A stretch of DNA of 64,000 bases, from the NCBI GenBank assembly GCA_026914245.1, contig CP110439.1, positions 3,596,001 through 3,660,000 of the forward strand, read 5' to 3'. Under the pieces are notes generated by a model. That model searched no databases. It saw only the letters and a list, made by a program, of their open reading frames with translations, and was not told where the DNA came from. The position numbers were made by a program, and so were the translations under genes. Shown piece after piece: positions 1 to 10,638 of the stretch. Each line of letters starts with the position of its first letter. The first letter of the stretch is position 1. Origin of the DNA: Puccinia triticina. Its lineage: Eukaryota.

Positions 1-3000
1 TAGGATTCCGTTGAATCTTTCATTCTTACCGTTCGTCTGCGGGTGGTACCCGGACGTCCGGACAGGTTTCATTCCGGCCGCTGCCAGGAACTTTTGAAAC
101 CCCGCCGAGAGATAGTTAGACCCTCGGTCGGTTAGAAATTCTTTCGGCGCTCCGAAAGGTGTAATGACGTGGTCAAAAATTACTTGGGCTATTTCGGCCG
201 CTGAGGCCTCCTTTAATGGCACTGCTACTGGCCAGGAGGTGCAATGATCGATTGCCGTGAGGATCCACTTAAAGTGGCCCTTATAACTTTCTGGCATTTG
301 GATCAGGTCCGAAGACCATCGCTCAAACGGGAGAACCGCTGGCAGAGGCTTCTGCAGGTCCGTTTCTTGATTTACATGCGGCCTCTCATGGATCTGGCAT
401 GACGCGCAGGTACGGATATAACTCTGCACATCGTCGTACCTCTTCGGCCACCAACCCCGACCCCGAAGGATCTGCAAGGTGCAATCCCGGCCTCTATGGC
501 CAAGATCGTCGTGGACGGACCGAAGCAGGTCGAATCGATACGCGAACGCCACGAACGGCGATCTTTCTTTCAATCCCGGCCGGCCTAGATACATCAAGGT
601 CTCAGCGCCCGGATCGTACTCGAAAAATTTCAAGTTTTGTTCTGCTCGGGTCACCAATCGCTCTGGGATCCCTTCTGGTAAGTCCCTGTTTTCTAACAGG
701 TATGGGATGATGAGGGGCCAATCTGATTCGTGTAACTGATCCGTGACCTCCTCCATCAGCGCTAGATCACTCCTTCTCGAAAGCGCGTCGGGAACAATGT
801 TGTCGGCACCTTTCTTGTACCGAATATTGATGTCCATCTCGGCGAATTCTTCAATCCAACGAAGAAGGCGTTTCGTCGGTAGGAGCTGCGTAGACAGGTA
901 AGCTAACGAAGCATGGTCAGTGTAGACGACCGTAGTTTCAACTGCTCCATCTAGGTATACATGCCACTTCCTCCAGGCATGGATGATCGCTAACAATTCT
1001 CTTTCTTGCGCCGGGTAGTTTACCTGCGCCTTGTTTAGCTTACAAGACTCAAACGCTACCGGGTGGAGGACGAGATCCTCTCCATCCTGTAACAGAACCG
1101 CTCCCACGGCGAAATCCGAGGCGTCGGTTTCCATCACAAAACGCTTGAGGACGTCCGGCATTAGGAGTACCGGCGCGCTTGTGAGTGCCTCCTTCAATTG
1201 CTGGAACGCTACCTCCTGGACCGGAAACCACTGAACCGGTTGCTTCTTTGTCACGCCGCCTGCTGTTAGGTCGTGCAACGGGGCCGCCATCTTAGCAAAA
1301 TTCTTCACGTATCTGCGGTAGAATCCACAGAGGCCCAAAAACGAGCGCACGTCGAAGACCGTCTGAGGTCTGGGCCACTCACGTACGCAAATCAACTTTT
1401 CTTCCATCGGCCGAATCGAATTGTATCCGATAACATGGCCGACGTATTGGATTTCCCTTAACCCAAAGGAGCATTTCGCTCCACTGCATCTCAATTCTTC
1501 ACGCCGGAGGACCTCTAGAACTCGTTCGACGTGCTTGATGTGCTCGGCTTCCGACTTCGAGTAAATCAAGATGTCGTCGAGGTACACCTGAACAAACTCA
1601 TCGATAAACTCCCGGAGCAACTGCGTCATCATTCTTTGGAACGTGCTAGGGGCGTTCACAAGCCCGAACGGCATCACTAGCCATTCGAAATGGCCGTACT
1701 TGGTCCCAAAAGCGGTTTTAGGTACGTCGGATTCTGCTATTTTCATTTGATGAAAACCCTGCTGTAGGTCTATCTTCGAAAAGAACCTGGCGCCTCTGAG
1801 CGCATCAAAGCACTCCTGGATTATCGGCAACGGGTGCCGATCTTTCTTGGTAAGGGAATTAACTTTTCTATAATCTACACACAGCCGCACCTTTCCTGAT
1901 GTTGGGTGCTTAACCATCACTATAGGCGACGACCACGGAGAGGTCGACGGGCGGATAAAGCCGGCTTCTTGGAGGCCGGCCAGCCGCTCTTTTAGCGTAC
2001 CCAATAACGCCGGGGACAACTGTCTCACTGGCTGATGGACGGCCTGGGCTTCGCCGGTATGAACGAGGTGCTCGATTGTCCTTGGCTTATCCGAGACTTT
2101 CGAGATTGGTCCGAAGACTTCTGCGAAGCGAGTCACTAACAACTGCAACAATTCTGATAACTGGGCGTCGGTTCCGAACGCCGTAGGTAAACCTACCGGC
2201 TGTTCATCCCTTGGTCCTTCTACTCCTTCTGACTCCATTAGGCAGACGAACGACTCCCTAGCGCCTTCGTAGAACTCATGGCGGCGGATCGATCGCGGGA
2301 GGAGCACCTCATCGTCGTCACTCATCACGGCAAGTTCGTGAGTCAACGTGCTACATAAGGACAAAGAGGCTAAACTAAATTCTACTACGTTACCCGTCGG
2401 GTTCCGTAGGTTCCAAGTATTGGTGCGCCAGTCTGTCGAGACGACATTGGTCGCGATCCAATCTCGGCCTAGGATGATGTCGTAGCTGGACAACGGCGCC
2501 AGGCGACAGACAACGGCGAAACTGATTTCCGCCAGCACGAAACGGACTGTAGCCAAACGGTCATCAAGGATCCAATCTCCGAAGGCTCCGGTAACCCTAA
2601 AAGACTCAGACGAACGACTGATTAGCAAACCCAGCTCCGAAACGAACGGACTCGACACGTAAGAAGATCCAGCTCCAGTGTCCAGGAGGACCTTGGCCAA
2701 CCGGCCCTCAATTCTGTGATGGAACTCAGCGCGGACCCCTTGGGCTTCAGCGCTACTTAACTCGAGTGCGTGGTCTCCATCAAGACACAGGCAATCATTT
2801 ACGACATCGGTGGCGACGTCCGGTGGCTCTCCAGCGGGCTTCAACTCATCCAAAGCGGCTGTCCCCATGCCTGGGCGATCAGCAATCTCAGCTGTTTCTA
2901 ACTCACGGTGGCTCTGCTCACAATGAGGCTCAGGTAGGTCGCTCTCTAACTTAATGGTGTTTAAATTGCAAGCAAGAGAAGGAACTACGACTAAAGTCGG

Positions 3001-3039
3001 TGGGAGAGACGATTCGCCACCGACTAATCTTTTTTTAAT
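1..3039 (-). CDS. pol: Gypsy Pol (protease, RT, RNase H, integrase), runs off window edge
   Basis: Frame opens after TAA at 3042-3040. Protease, YLDD and integrase motifs share one frame down to base 1. Absent from the ORF track, consistent with no stop before the edge. Confidence 0.9.
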   Translation of the reverse strand, partial: MKKRLVGGESSLPPTLVVVPSLACNLNTIKLESDLPEPHCEQSHRELETAEIADRPGMGTAALDELKPAGEPPDVATDVVNDCLCLDGDHALELSSAEAQGVRAEFHHRIEGRLAKVLLDTGAGSSYVSSPFVSELGLLISRSSESFRVTGAFGDWILDDRLATVRFVLAEISFAVVCRLAPLSSYDIILGRDWIATNVVSTDWRTNTWNLRNPTGNVVEFSLASLSLCSTLTHELAVMSDDDEVLLPRSIRRHEFYEGARESFVCLMESEGVEGPRDEQPVGLPTAFGTDAQLSELLQLLVTRFAEVFGPISKVSDKPRTIEHLVHTGEAQAVHQPVRQLSPALLGTLKERLAGLQEAGFIRPSTSPWSSPIVMVKHPTSGKVRLCVDYRKVNSLTKKDRHPLPIIQECFDALRGARFFSKIDLQQGFHQMKIAESDVPKTAFGTKYGHFEWLVMPFGLVNAPSTFQRMMTQLLREFIDEFVQVYLDDILIYSKSEAEHIKHVERVLEVLRREELRCSGAKCSFGLREIQYVGHVIGYNSIRPMEEKLICVREWPRPQTVFDVRSFLGLCGFYRRYVKNFAKMAAPLHDLTAGGVTKKQPVQWFPVQEVAFQQLKEALTSAPVLLMPDVLKRFVMETDASDFAVGAVLLQDGEDLVLHPVAFESCKLNKAQVNYPAQERELLAIIHAWRKWHVYLDGAVETTVVYTDHASLAYLSTQLLPTKRLLRWIEEFAEMDINIRYKKGADNIVPDALSRRSDLALMEEVTDQLHESDWPLIIPYLLENRDLPEGIPERLVTRAEQNLKFFEYDPGAETLMYLGRPGLKERSPFVAFAYRFDLLRSVHDDLGHRGRDCTLQILRGRGWWPKRYDDVQSYIRTCASCQIHERPHVNQETDLQKPLPAVLPFERWSSDLIQMPESYKGHFKWILTAIDHCTSWPVAVPLKEASAAEIAQVIFDHVITPFGAPKEFLTDRGSNYLSAGFQKFLAAAGMKPVRTSGYHPQTNGKNERFNGIL
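2995..3036 (-). promoter_or_regulatory. Candidate -1 ribosomal frameshift signal (A-AAA-AAA + stem-loop)
   Basis: Minus strand TTA AAA AAA GATT AGTCGGTGG-13 nt-CCACCGACT: A7 slippery run, then a perfect 9-bp stem, exactly at the gag/pol junction. Confidence 0.7.
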
Positions 3040-4207
3040 TTAGGCTTAATGTTCTTAGCCTCCCAAGCCAATTGGGCTTCGGGCATTTCTGGACCCGGTG
3101 GCCGAGTTCCTTGCAGTTGTGGCAAGGGAACTCCCCTTTCTTCTTGTTGGACGCGTTACCGTCCCCTTCGGCTTGGCGCTTTCCCGATCCGGATCCACTG
3201 GCTACCGGCGCCGCTTGCGACTCGCGGTATCTTTGATCGTGAGTGACCGCGTGCATGAACACTGTGTCCATGTTAACCGGGGTGCCGAGGATCAATTGGT
3301 TACTGACGAACTCCGAAACCTTTCGACTTAGGCCAGTGTTCAAACGCTGGATGAACGCGGTCTGCTCATCATATGCGAAGCCAATAGCGTTCGCCTTGGT
3401 CTGCCACTCGCAGAACCGCTCGTAGAACAACTGGACGGCCTCGTTCGGTTGTTGCTTCAACCTATTCAACTCGGCCGCAATCATCGCCGGGGTGACGCCT
3501 ATTGCGTTGAGGCGAAGCAGCCATACTTTAAACTCCGCCCAGGACTTAGGACGGGTCCCGGCTGACGCTGCAGCCCGCCAATCTCGAAAAGCCTTGCCAC
3601 TGAGACGAAGGCCGGCGACTCGATGCCAGATAGCGGGGTGAATGCAACGGTCTTCGAGCAGCATCGCAACGGTTTCTAACCAGTCAGGGCCACTCTCACC
3701 CGGGCCACCCGTGAATACGGGGTTGTCTTTCTCAGGCCATCCTTTGAGGGCCTTGATCGGGTCCTTTTCTAGGACCAATTCTTCTTCGAGATCCTCGAAG
3801 TATTCATCGTCCTCTTCAAGGACTTCTTGGTGGTTGCCTGCCGACTGGTGGGCGGGCTGGGCCTGGGACCCGACTCGAGCGCCGGGCGCCGCGGAATCTT
3901 GAGGTGGGTCGACCTTCATCTGATTAAAGGCGGTCGTCAGGGCTTCTTCCAACTTCCCCACAGTTTGAGAGGAGGAACCTACTGAATTCCCCTCGCCGTT
4001 TTCTATCAGGTTCAACGCTGACTGGTCGCACAAGGAATCATGATCGACGAGCCACTGACGCTGTTGGTCCGACATCTCCTTCACGTCCGCGCCGGTGTAG
4101 AACTGGCCGTTAAAAGGAGGGTTCGGGCGGTTGGCCTCGTCTTCGGCCTTCGATTCCGCCGTTCCTTTGCCCTTCGGGCTATGCGCGACCTTTCCTAGGT
4201 TCGACAT
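3035..4207 (-). CDS. gag: Gypsy Gag (capsid + CCHC zinc knuckle); C-terminus probably frameshifted in this copy
   Basis: 390-aa ORF with retrotransposon-gag features (SWAEFK...LKQQPNEAVQLFYERF) and CHNCKELGHRVQKC knuckle. Confidence 0.93.
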   Translation of the reverse strand: MSNLGKVAHSPKGKGTAESKAEDEANRPNPPFNGQFYTGADVKEMSDQQRQWLVDHDSLCDQSALNLIENGEGNSVGSSSQTVGKLEEALTTAFNQMKVDPPQDSAAPGARVGSQAQPAHQSAGNHQEVLEEDDEYFEDLEEELVLEKDPIKALKGWPEKDNPVFTGGPGESGPDWLETVAMLLEDRCIHPAIWHRVAGLRLSGKAFRDWRAAASAGTRPKSWAEFKVWLLRLNAIGVTPAMIAAELNRLKQQPNEAVQLFYERFCEWQTKANAIGFAYDEQTAFIQRLNTGLSRKVSEFVSNQLILGTPVNMDTVFMHAVTHDQRYRESQAAPVASGSGSGKRQAEGDGNASNKKKGEFPCHNCKELGHRVQKCPKPNWLGRLRTLSLN

Positions 4208-4610
4208 CTACTTCGCGAAAAAAAAACACGAACAAAAGTAAGCTAATGTTCCGTTTTTATATAAACTCTTAGAGCACTATGCTCGTTTCTAAGCCTCAAC
4301 CCCAGAGGTGTCAACCACTAACTGGTCGACTACTCTAAACAGGTAGAAGTTCTCTAATACGACGGGACACTGCCGCTTCGGCCACGGAGGACACGAACTA
4401 ATAAAGTGGTATAAGGGAAAGCTCGACTAACCGAGGGTAAGGCGGTGGGGTCGAACTACTAAACCGCGATAAGAGTACGCAGCCGGGGACGAGAAAATGT
4501 TCCGAGAAAGAAATGATCGGAAAGCGAACTGCGACGGGTGTGGAATGTAAAAGAGTAAAAAAAAATTCTATTGTTTATAAGAGTAGGGTTTTTGTCGGAT
4601 CGTAATATTA

Positions 4611-4623
4611 GCTCTCGCTACCA
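4611..4623 (-). promoter_or_regulatory. Gypsy primer-binding site (TGGTAGCGAGAGC, probably tRNA-iMet 3' end)
   Basis: TGG-start motif 1 nt after the LTR end (...CTTCA G TGGTAGC). Confidence 0.75.
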
Positions 4624-4624
4624 C

Positions 4625-4988
4625 TGAAGCGGGGCTCTTCAGGCTGGTAGAGGCTTAGACGAAAAAAAGAGGCGCGAAGGAAAGGAAACGAACTGATCTC
4701 TGAATTTCAAGAGACAGGGCGAACTGGGGAGAACCCCTACAAAAGAGGCCACCTTAAATGGTGGCCGTGAAACTGAACTAGACAAAACAACTAGACAAGG
4801 GGCGCCAAGCCCCTGCGACTAAAACATGACGAGAGAAAGGATACAGATCGTAACTCCGGGCCGAACCCGGTGGTGCGTCATAGGGAGCCAGCGAACCTCC
4901 TGCGTCCGGCAGGAGTCCACGTGGTCTCCTCGTGGTCGTGAGCGTACAGGGGGACTATGTCTCCCTGTATAACTGTAGCCCTGCTACA
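4625..4988 (-). repeat. Gypsy 5' LTR (~364 bp)
   Basis: Minus strand begins TGTAGC and ends GCTTCA. Bounded by the PBS on one side and a Copia PBS remnant on the other. Partner LTR is outside the window. Confidence 0.8.
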
Positions 4989-5546
4989 TTATGAGCCTGC
5001 GCAAGTAGGATCTCTCATTTAACTATTCAAACTCTTCCCTCCGGTACCGATTCCGTCTCGGTCAGGCCAATTACGTCTCGGTTAAGCTGGTTTTCTTACA
5101 ACAGAAGAATCTCAAACGATTCCGATTCCGGCTCGGCTCGTTTTCAATTGTCATTCGACTGGTTCCGATTAACTCGGTCATTCTCTAACCTGGAAGATTG
5201 GGTTAGGTAGCCCACAGTGCTAAAGTAAGTCGGTCTACGTGTGCACCTCCTGGGGTTTCTGTGGTGAACTACGCGCCACAGCCGTGAGCATCCCTCCAAT
5301 CTGTCGTATTTTCAGATTCCGGATCTACCTCGAGGCACAAGGTCCGGCAAGAGGTTCGATAGGCCGATCTCGTTGCGAACTGAATCCACTGCTGAGACTC
5401 CAATCGTCGATCGTCCAACCACACCTTCTGTGCCGCTGCCGCCAGAAGATCGCTCTCCCTTTCGTAAACTCCTCAGCTTCCCGCCATACGCCGCCATACA
5501 CACACCTCTACCTGGTTCGGTTTCTGTCAGCAGGGACGAGGTGAAG

Positions 5547-8500
5547 ATGCCTGAAGACCCCACCAAGGACAAAGGAAAGTCGACTGCGGGGTCGCCTGCG
5601 GCGGGTCCTCAGTTTGTCTCCCTGGACCAATTGGCCGCGCTTCTGCAACAAATCAATAGGCCTCGGGAGGAGAAACCGGATGTGAAGACCTCGACGGATC
5701 GCGCGGTGGCGCTGGCGGATGCGCTCTCAAAATACCAGAAGCTTGGGAAGGCCATTGAGCCCCATCTTGCCGAGGATGGGGTCAACTTTCCGGACTGGGA
5801 ACTGTCGTTGAAGGCCACCGTCACCCGGGTTTTTGAATCGGCCGATTACTTCAAGTCTAATGTGACGGATAATGACGGCGATCGGGCGGCGCTCACCGGA
5901 GTGCTAGTGGAGCACAGTGTGCATCCTTCACTGGTTGCCTTGGTTCGTGGGAAGACAGGCCGAGCTGCATTTATGGTCCTTCAGAGTCGTTTCGCAAATG
6001 TGTCTTGGACTTATATCATGGCCAGGTGGGCGAAGGCCAATGACCCGACCGACATCAGCTCTAGTCTCAACTCGTCTTACTCTGAGATGCAAACATGCCT
6101 GGACGAGATCGAAAAACGAGTTGGGGCCATCAGTAAAGACCTAGTTTTGGCACTTCTAGTTCACCAGCGGTGTCATCCGCACTTTCAAGGAATTGCAAAC
6201 GCTCTCGACGCTCGCATTGCAGTCAATCCCGGTTGTACAATTTCGTCCAAGACAATACTCGAACTTGCTGGACGAATGAATATGACTGATGTCCCGGCAT
6301 CGTCGTCGACGTTTGCGTATCGTGCGGTTAGGGGTCAAGGAAAGGCTGGACCTAGTAGCAGGGGCAGCGCGCGTGAAAGTCAAACAATGGAAGGCAAGAG
6401 TGGGACCTGGGCCAGGCGGGTACTTAACGAGAAGAACCCTTGTCGATACTGTTTTGAATGGGGCCACTGGATAAACGACTGCCCATTGAAGAAGGAAAAG
6501 AAGCCGCCTGTTGGCGACCCACGGCTCCTCAATCCTAACGCGCGGCTGAAACGCTCGGAGGTCTGTCATCCGGCACTCTTGCAGGGCGCATCAAGCGCAA
6601 CGGTGGCTTCGGTGGAGAAACAGCCTGGTGTTGAGGGCGCACTACTGGATTCTGGTGCGACGGACAGCGTTAGCAACGATGTTTGTTTTTTCACGTCTAT
6701 GAGGCCTGTTTCTATGTCCCTCATTGTTGCTTCTACAGATCGGTTTCCCGTGAAGCAAATTGGTGATGTGGAACTTCCGACGCCGTATGGGAAACTCAAA
6801 CTATCAAATGTACTCTATTGTCCAAGCATCCAAGGCACAATAATCTCGGTTGGCAAGTTCAAACGGTGGAACGGCGAAGTTAAGTGGGACGGGGGAAAAT
6901 ATACACTTGTGCAGAACAACATTTCGTTTCCGTCCTTTGAAATCAATGATCGATGTTTTCTTCCGATTACATTGGCCCCAGCGTCTGTTGCCGCTGTTCG
7001 AGTGGCAAGTGATGTATTGCATGAAAGGATTGGACATTTGTCCCTGCGAATGTTACGAGGGTCTGTTAGCAAGGGAGCTGTGGTAGATGTGCCGGAGATG
7101 TTTGAGGTGTCTCCTAATAGGTCATGCGATACCTGTGCGACAATGAAGGCAACTCATTCACCGATTGATTTTCCTTCCCGCGAGATTTGTCTGGAGCCTG
7201 GTGATGTTGTAGCGGCCGACGTGATAGGACCGTACGACGTTTCGCTGGATAAGTTTCGCTACATCCTTACGGTGCAGGATCTGCATTCCGGCATGGTATC
7301 AGCGATTCCAGTCAAAACAAAGGGTGATGCAACTCGAGAAGTAATTGGATGGGTTAAGAAATTTAACAACCTTTTGCGGTGGAACGTCAAGAGGATTAGA
7401 ACCGACAACGCACTTGAATTTGTCAGGAGCGTGGAGATGAAGGACTTCTTAGATAGCGAAGGGATCATCCATGAGAAGGCAGTACCTCATGAACATCACC
7501 AAAACGGGGCTATTGAGCGAGTGAACCGAACTCTTTCAGAGATGGTGAGGTCTCTCTTGTACTCGAGACGGCTCCCGAAGTACCTGTGGTTGTATGCATT
7601 CAAACAAGCGGCCTACATATTCAATCGGATGGTGCATCGGGGACACGATGTGACACCCATTGAGCGGGTGCTAGGGGTCAAACCTTCTTTGGCTATGCTT
7701 CGCGTATTTGGATGTGTGGCCTACATGTACGATCACACTCACAAGAAGCAAATGGTTCCTTATGCGGCCAAGCTCCGGCATGTTGGGGTCTCTACGGATT
7801 TGAAGGGTTGGTTGCTATGGGATCAGAGTAGTAGGAAGGTTTTCACAGCTATTTCTGTGCAGTTTGATGAAGCTAAGCCATTGGTTGTGTCTGAGGGCCC
7901 TGAGGTCAATCAAAGTCTGGATGCGGTTTTGACAGCTATCAAATGTTCAGGGCTTGGGGATTTCAAGTTGGGGAATGAGTTAGATCTGCAAGATGCGGTG
8001 GTTGCGGCGCTGGAGGCGAGGAATCCGTACGGCAGTGATTCTCTGACGTATCAAGAGGCCGTGAACTCTCGGGATTCAGCAGATTGGAAAGGAGCAATGG
8101 ATGAGGAAAGGCAATCGCTGGAGGAGATGGAGGTCAAGATCGAGGATGATCCTCCCGCTGATAAGAAGAAGCTCTTGCGGTCACGGTGGCTGTTGGGGAC
8201 GAAGAGGACGATGCAAGGGGAAATTCGGCGGCGAAAAGCAAGGATCATCGTTGGGGGTCATCGTCAAATCAAGAAGGTTAATTACGACAAGACGTTTGCA
8301 CCAACACCAACATTTGCGTCAATGAGGACAGCGCTGACTATAGCGGCGAAAAATAAGTGGCCAGTGGTGTCATTTGACGTGAAGACTGCCTTCCTGCACA
8401 GTGAAATTGACGAAAACGTTTGGGTTGTTCCGCCGCCCGGTTATCCTGTCACTCCCGGAAAGGTCTGGAAGCTGAAGAAGGCCCTCTATGGAACAAAGCA

Positions 8501-9560
8501 GGCGGGAAGATGTTGGTGGTTGCACCTCAAGTCCGCGCTAGGGAAAATCGGTTTTGAAGCTAATCCACAAGACTTGAGCACTTACACGTTCAAGCAAGAC
8601 GAAGAAACCGCTTTCTTGTGGATCCATGTAGATGACGGACTTTTGGTTGCTAGTTCGGAAACCATATTGGCAAAACTCAAGTCAGAGCTATCACAGGCAC
8701 TCACGCTCAAATGGGACAAGGAGCTGTTGTCGTTGGTCGGTATACAAATTCGCCGGACCGAGGGAGGTTATCGATTGCAGCAGCCGTCTCTGATAAAGAA
8801 GTTACTGGCAATGGACGACTCCTCTTTGACTTCGTCGGTGCCCTTGTTGGAAAGCAATCTTGAGTCAAATGCGTCGGGGGATCCGGATGTCTTGTATTTG
8901 TCCTTCATTGGCATCTTGCTGTATATCGCACAGGGAACTCGGCCTGACATATCCTATGCCACACATTATCTTGCGCGATTCTCTTTGAATACTGATGAAT
9001 CTCAGTGGAAGGCTCTCAAGCGGCTTGTTGCGTATGTGCGTACAACGGAACATTTTGAGTTGCGAGTTGAACCTGAGGAGGAGCATGAGCCGCTGAAAAC
9101 CTATGTCGATGCAAGCTGGATGGGAGAAGGAGCGCGGTCACATCACGGATTTATTACAACACTGTGGTCCGTGCCTCTGGCGTGGAATGCGAAGCGGCAA
9201 AATGTGGTAGCCAAGTCCACGTGTCAGGCAGAATATGTAGCTTTATCGATGGCAACGGACGAAGCTATATGGATGGCGGGAATCCTAGGACCTTTAGTGG
9301 GCAAGATGCGGCCGGTTCTTCTGTGCGACAACAAGGCGGCCGTAAAAATTGCGACTAACACAGCAAGCATGAAGAGGACGAAGAACATTGATAGGGAGTT
9401 TCATTCTACCAATGAGCAGTTGCGGAAAGGGAATCTCAGCCTCAAATGGGTGCCCGGAACGGATCAATTGGCAGACTGCTTCACCAAGGCATTGGGGACA
9501 AACTTGGTGGAAAAGTTTAATGGTGCGGTATTTGGGAATGGGAAAGGGTCAAGTGAGTGA
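5547..9560 (+). CDS. Copia Gag-Pol polyprotein, uninterrupted
   Basis: CRYCFEWGHWINDC knuckle, LLDSGAT protease, HERIGH..CDTC integrase zinc motif, RTDNALEF/NGAIERVNR core, RT (DVKTAFL, KALYGTKQA, HVDD), RNase H (YVDASW, ADCFTKAL). PR-IN-RT-RH order. First ATG at 5547; frame open from 5373. Confidence 0.96.
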   Translation: MPEDPTKDKGKSTAGSPAAGPQFVSLDQLAALLQQINRPREEKPDVKTSTDRAVALADALSKYQKLGKAIEPHLAEDGVNFPDWELSLKATVTRVFESADYFKSNVTDNDGDRAALTGVLVEHSVHPSLVALVRGKTGRAAFMVLQSRFANVSWTYIMARWAKANDPTDISSSLNSSYSEMQTCLDEIEKRVGAISKDLVLALLVHQRCHPHFQGIANALDARIAVNPGCTISSKTILELAGRMNMTDVPASSSTFAYRAVRGQGKAGPSSRGSARESQTMEGKSGTWARRVLNEKNPCRYCFEWGHWINDCPLKKEKKPPVGDPRLLNPNARLKRSEVCHPALLQGASSATVASVEKQPGVEGALLDSGATDSVSNDVCFFTSMRPVSMSLIVASTDRFPVKQIGDVELPTPYGKLKLSNVLYCPSIQGTIISVGKFKRWNGEVKWDGGKYTLVQNNISFPSFEINDRCFLPITLAPASVAAVRVASDVLHERIGHLSLRMLRGSVSKGAVVDVPEMFEVSPNRSCDTCATMKATHSPIDFPSREICLEPGDVVAADVIGPYDVSLDKFRYILTVQDLHSGMVSAIPVKTKGDATREVIGWVKKFNNLLRWNVKRIRTDNALEFVRSVEMKDFLDSEGIIHEKAVPHEHHQNGAIERVNRTLSEMVRSLLYSRRLPKYLWLYAFKQAAYIFNRMVHRGHDVTPIERVLGVKPSLAMLRVFGCVAYMYDHTHKKQMVPYAAKLRHVGVSTDLKGWLLWDQSSRKVFTAISVQFDEAKPLVVSEGPEVNQSLDAVLTAIKCSGLGDFKLGNELDLQDAVVAALEARNPYGSDSLTYQEAVNSRDSADWKGAMDEERQSLEEMEVKIEDDPPADKKKLLRSRWLLGTKRTMQGEIRRRKARIIVGGHRQIKKVNYDKTFAPTPTFASMRTALTIAAKNKWPVVSFDVKTAFLHSEIDENVWVVPPPGYPVTPGKVWKLKKALYGTKQAGRCWWLHLKSALGKIGFEANPQDLSTYTFKQDEETAFLWIHVDDGLLVASSETILAKLKSELSQALTLKWDKELLSLVGIQIRRTEGGYRLQQPSLIKKLLAMDDSSLTSSVPLLESNLESNASGDPDVLYLSFIGILLYIAQGTRPDISYATHYLARFSLNTDESQWKALKRLVAYVRTTEHFELRVEPEEEHEPLKTYVDASWMGEGARSHHGFITTLWSVPLAWNAKRQNVVAKSTCQAEYVALSMATDEAIWMAGILGPLVGKMRPVLLCDNKAAVKIATNTASMKRTKNIDREFHSTNEQLRKGNLSLKWVPGTDQLADCFTKALGTNLVEKFNGAVFGNGKGSSE

Positions 9561-9843
9561 CTTTCCCTTAACTATGCACCTGTGGGGTCCCACTGGAGTA
9601 GCGGTTCACCCAGCCACTCCAGTGAGCATTGCGGACGGTTTGTTTTCTGCAACGGAACAGGGCTCTTGGAAACCTTATGTGAAGCGACAATACAACGGGG
9701 TCAATTTTTTGGTTGTGTCTAGGTCTTGTCATTCTGATTTTATTTATTATTATTATTATTACTTTCTGTTTCATTTTCCTGGTACTTGTTTCTCTGCATT
9801 CTTTTCTTGTTTGGTTGGTAAGGTTTTTTGTTGTGGGGGGGAA

Positions 9844-9984
9844 TGTAGGGGTTTTTATTACACAACAAAATCATGTACATACATATAGTAGGCGTTGTGG
9901 GGGGATCAACCCCCGGGGGAATTTGAAATTCTGACTTTCTACCAATATCTCGCTCTATATAGCAGGTAGCTATCTGCCCCTACA
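9844..9984 (+). repeat. Copia 3' LTR (141 bp)
   Basis: Follows the PPT; 8-bp inverted termini TGTAGGGG...CCCCTACA. Confidence 0.82.
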
Positions 9985-10638
9985 GGCAACCATGGCAGGT
10001 GCAAAGCTACATGCTTGACTTTTTACCAAAATTGAACACCCCAAGCCTGCTGGCTGGCACTTCCCAGGGCATAAAGGACCTGCTGAATAGTGGCGGGTAC
10101 CCGCCAGCGGGTGCCAATGGCCATCTCTAGAGGGGAGTGACAACTCCCCTCGATGATTGCACCAGGGACCGTCCTCAATGACCGGTCTATTGTCAGTCAT
10201 TGAGGGCAGCTCAGAGCTGGCCAAGGGCCGGGGGTCCGGGGGTTACCCGATTAACCCAGCGGGGGAAAGCGGTACTTGGGGGCGGTACCCAGGTACTGCA
10301 CCGCTTTTTCCAAAAAAACGGGCACCCGGCACCGCCTGGCGGGTGCGGGCGGTACCCGACCGCGGGTGCTGGGTACCGGTTGACATTCTCTAGCCTGCAT
10401 AAGACTGCATTACAGTTCTGCAAGGAATCCTACTGTACAAGAAATACCCCCGGGGGACCTCAGTCCGGAATTTCAGGGCCTGTTTTTTTGTTTTTCCCCA
10501 ATTTATTTTGCCAAAAATGAGTTGGAAAAGGGGTTGGGACGGGTTGGGATCAAAATGTACAGTCACTGGACAGAAACATTGGTACCCCCAAAAGCTCATT
10601 CCAGAAGGCCAACCCACAAAGTTGAAGTCATGAGAATT

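Larger units (their letters stand above)
1..4988 (-). mobile_element. Ty3/Gypsy LTR retrotransposon, 3' part beyond left window edge
   Basis: Minus strand order: LTR, PBS, gag (CCHC knuckle), protease LLDTGA (~2667-2690), RT VYLDDILIYS (~1560-1590), RNase H ETDASDFAVGAVL (~1095-1135), integrase core YHPQTNGKNERFN (1-60). PR-RT-RH-IN order defines Gypsy. Confidence 0.97.
4989..9984 (+). mobile_element. Ty1/Copia retrotransposon (5' LTR displaced by the Gypsy insertion)
   Basis: PBS remnant TTATGAGCC at 4989, single gag-pol ORF, PPT GGGGGGGAA at 9835-9843, 3' LTR. Confidence 0.95.

Noticed and set aside
9591..9624. Hairpin CACTGGAGT/ACTCCAGTG after the Copia stop codon
   Set aside because: A single 9-bp stem with no other support; not a terminator in a eukaryotic context.
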